Assembly: GCF_963921235.1 (NCBI RefSeq) | Contig: NC_086097.1 | Coordinates: forward strand, 139,564,001-139,628,000 | Length of the DNA stretch: 64,000 bases | Source of the DNA: Mobula hypostoma | Taxonomy: Eukaryota | Reading direction: 5' to 3' | Part shown: one piece after another, positions 61,660 to 64,000 of the stretch | Numbering within the stretch: the first letter of the stretch is position 1 | Layout: each line of letters opens with the position of its first letter | Translations under genes and position numbers: made by a program | The notes under the pieces: generated by a model | Database searches by the model: none | Told to the model about the DNA's origin: nothing | The model's input: only the letters and a program-made list of their open reading frames with translations

Positions 61660-64000
61660 ATATTAGAATTAGGTTTGATATCACTGGTAATTATCGTGAA
61701 ATCTGTTGATTTACAGCAGCAGTAGATTGTAATATATAATAATAAAAACTACACAATAAGGATATATAACAAAGAAAATTAAATACGTAGTGCTAAAAGA
61801 GGAAAAATTACTGAGATAATGTTTGTGGATTCATTGTCCAATCAGAAATCTGATGGTAGAGGGGAAGTTGTTTCTGAAACATTGAGTGTGTCTTCAGGTT
61901 CCTGTACCTCCTCCTTAATGTTTGCAATGAGAAGCCATGTCCTGGGTGATGGGGGTCCTTAATGATAGATGCCACCATTTTGAGGCATCACCTTTTGAAA
62001 GTGTTCTGGATGCTGGGGAGGCTACAGCCCATGATGAAGCTGGCAGAGTTTACAACTTCCTGCAGCTTTGTCTGATCCTGTGCAGTGGCCCCTCCGTACC
62101 AGATCGTGTTGCAACCAGTTAGAATGTTCTCCACAGTACATCTGTAGGAATTTGCTACAGCCTTCGGTGACATACCAAATTTCCTCAAAACTCCCAATGA
62201 AATATAGCCACTGTTGTGCTTTTTTGTAATTGCATCAATACGTTGGGCTCAGCATAGATTCTCAAAGATGTTGACACCCAGAAACTTGAACTTCTCATAT
62301 TTTTCACTTCAGATCCCTCAATGACGACTAGTGTGTGTTTCTGCGACTTCCCCTTCCTGAAATCCACAATCAATTCCTTGATCTTAATGACATTGAGTGG
62401 AAGGTTGGTGCTGCAACACTACACAACCAGCTGATCTATCTCACTCTTGTATGCCCCCACGACACCATCTCAAATTCAGCAAACAGTCGTCTCATTAATA
62501 AAGTGAAAGTTGACATTTGAGCTGCCCGTAGCCACACAATTGTGGATGTAGAGAGAGTAGAGTAAATTTCAAAGTAAGTTTATTATCAGAGTACATATCC
62601 GTCACCATATACATCTCTGAGATTCAGTTCCCTGCAGGTAATCACAAGTACAAGAAACACAATAAAATCAATGAAAGACCACACCCTACTGACTACAACA
62701 ACCAATGTGCAAAAAAAACCCACAAATACAAAAAAGAAAATAATAAATAAGCAGTAAGTGTTGAGAACGTGAGATGAAGAGTCCTTGAAAGTGAGTCTAA
62801 TTCGCGGGAACAATTCAGTGATGGGGTGAGTGAAGTTGAGTAAAGTTAGCCCATCTGGTTCAAGCCTGATGGTTAAGAAGTATCAGCTATTTCTGAACCT
62901 GGTAGTGCAGGTCTTGAGGCTCCTGTACTTTCTTCCTAGTGGCAGCAGTGAGAAGAGAGAAGCCTGGAGGTTGGGCATCCTTGATGATGATGATTGCTAC
63001 TTTCCTTTGGCAGAGCTCCATACAGATGTCCTCAGTGGTGGGGAGGGCTTTACCCACTACTTTTTCTAGGCTTTTCCATGCAAGGGCATTGGTGTTTCCA
63101 CACCAGCCCATGATGCAACCAGTCAATATACTCTCCACCACACATCTCAAGAAGTTGTGGGGTCATCAGAGTTTTAGATGAAATGCGAAATCTTTGCAAT
63201 CTTCTAAAACGGTAGAGATGCTGCCACGCTTTCTTTGTAATGGCATTTAGGTTCTGGACCCAGCACAGATCCTCTGAAATAATAACATCAAGGAATTTAA
63301 AGTTGTTGGCCCTCTCCACCTCTAATCCCCCAATGAAGACTGGCTCATGGACCTCCAGCGTCCAACTCCAGAAGTCAATAATCATCTCCTTAGTCTTGCT
63401 GATGTTGAGTGAGAGGTTATTGTGGCATCACTCAATGTCCTTCCTATATGCTGATTTGTCACCACTCTTGATTCGGCCATTGACAGTGGTGTCATCAGCA
63501 AAGTTAAATATGGCATTGGAGCTGTGCTTAACTTCAGTCATAAGTATAAAGCAAGTAAGGTAGGGAGCTAAACACAAAGCCTTGTGGTGCACCTGTACTG
63601 AGGAAGATTGTGGAGGAGATGTTGATGCCAATCTGAACTGATTGGGGTCTGCAAGTGAGGAAGTCGGGGATCGGGTTGCACAAGGAGGTATTGAAGCCTA
63701 GGACTTAAGGCTCATTGATTAATTTTGAGGGGATGATAGTACTGAATGCTGAGATGTAGTCAATGAAAACCATCCTGATGTATGCTTCTTTGCTGTCCAG
63801 ATGTTCCAGGATTGAGCGAAGAGCAGATAAAATGGTGCCTGCTGTTACCCTGTTGTGTTGATAGGCAAATTGGAGTGTATCCAAGTTGCTTCTCAGGCAA
63901 GAGTTGATACGTTTCATCACCAGCCTCTCAAAGAACTTCATCACCATGGCTAAGCACACATCCTTGAGGAGAATCAGTATTGATTGTCAGTGAAGAGATG
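61660..64000 (-). mobile_element. Rex1/Babar LINE (outer), interrupted at 62563/63948
   Basis: ORF SYRCTVENILTGCNTIWYG. The sequence resumes as gctaagcacacatccttgagg (PQGCVLS on the minus strand) at 63949. Confidence 0.8.
62564..63947 (-). mobile_element. Rex1/Babar LINE (inner), RT through 3' tail
   Basis: ORFs contain VMKFFERLVM...LQFAY...FIDYISAFSTIIPSKL, FNFADDTTV and CVVESILTGCI. The tail is at 62565. Confidence 0.9.

Overview
This is eukaryotic, repeat-rich vertebrate DNA. The mix of CR1, Rex1/Babar, V-SINE and Penelope repeats suggests a cartilaginous fish, probably a ray (inference). The window holds the 5' half of septin 7 (SEPTIN7) on the minus strand: a CpG-island promoter (~59.4-60.3 kb), coding exon 1 (59898-59934), exon 3 (47118-47220) and exon 4 (8814-8920). 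I found no exon 5, so it probably lies left of the window. Exon 1 ends in phase 1 and exon 3 starts in phase 0. The frame is restored by a candidate 2-nt microexon (CG, 47413-47414) with a consensus donor, a ~133-nt AG-free zone and a distant branch point. The introns are mostly transposon debris. Notable cases are three CR1 LINEs nested at the same RT codons, Penelope-like insertions carrying minimal hammerhead-ribozyme motifs with asymmetric inverted ends and 12-16 bp TSDs, a tailless 5'-inverted L1 fragment, and hAT, Tc1 and SINE copies. I see no wholly new multi-gene system. The best leads are the microexon splicing architecture and the retroelement behaviour. Most ORFs in the track are TE fragments or noise. 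Repeat boundaries are approximate unless TSDs are quoted.
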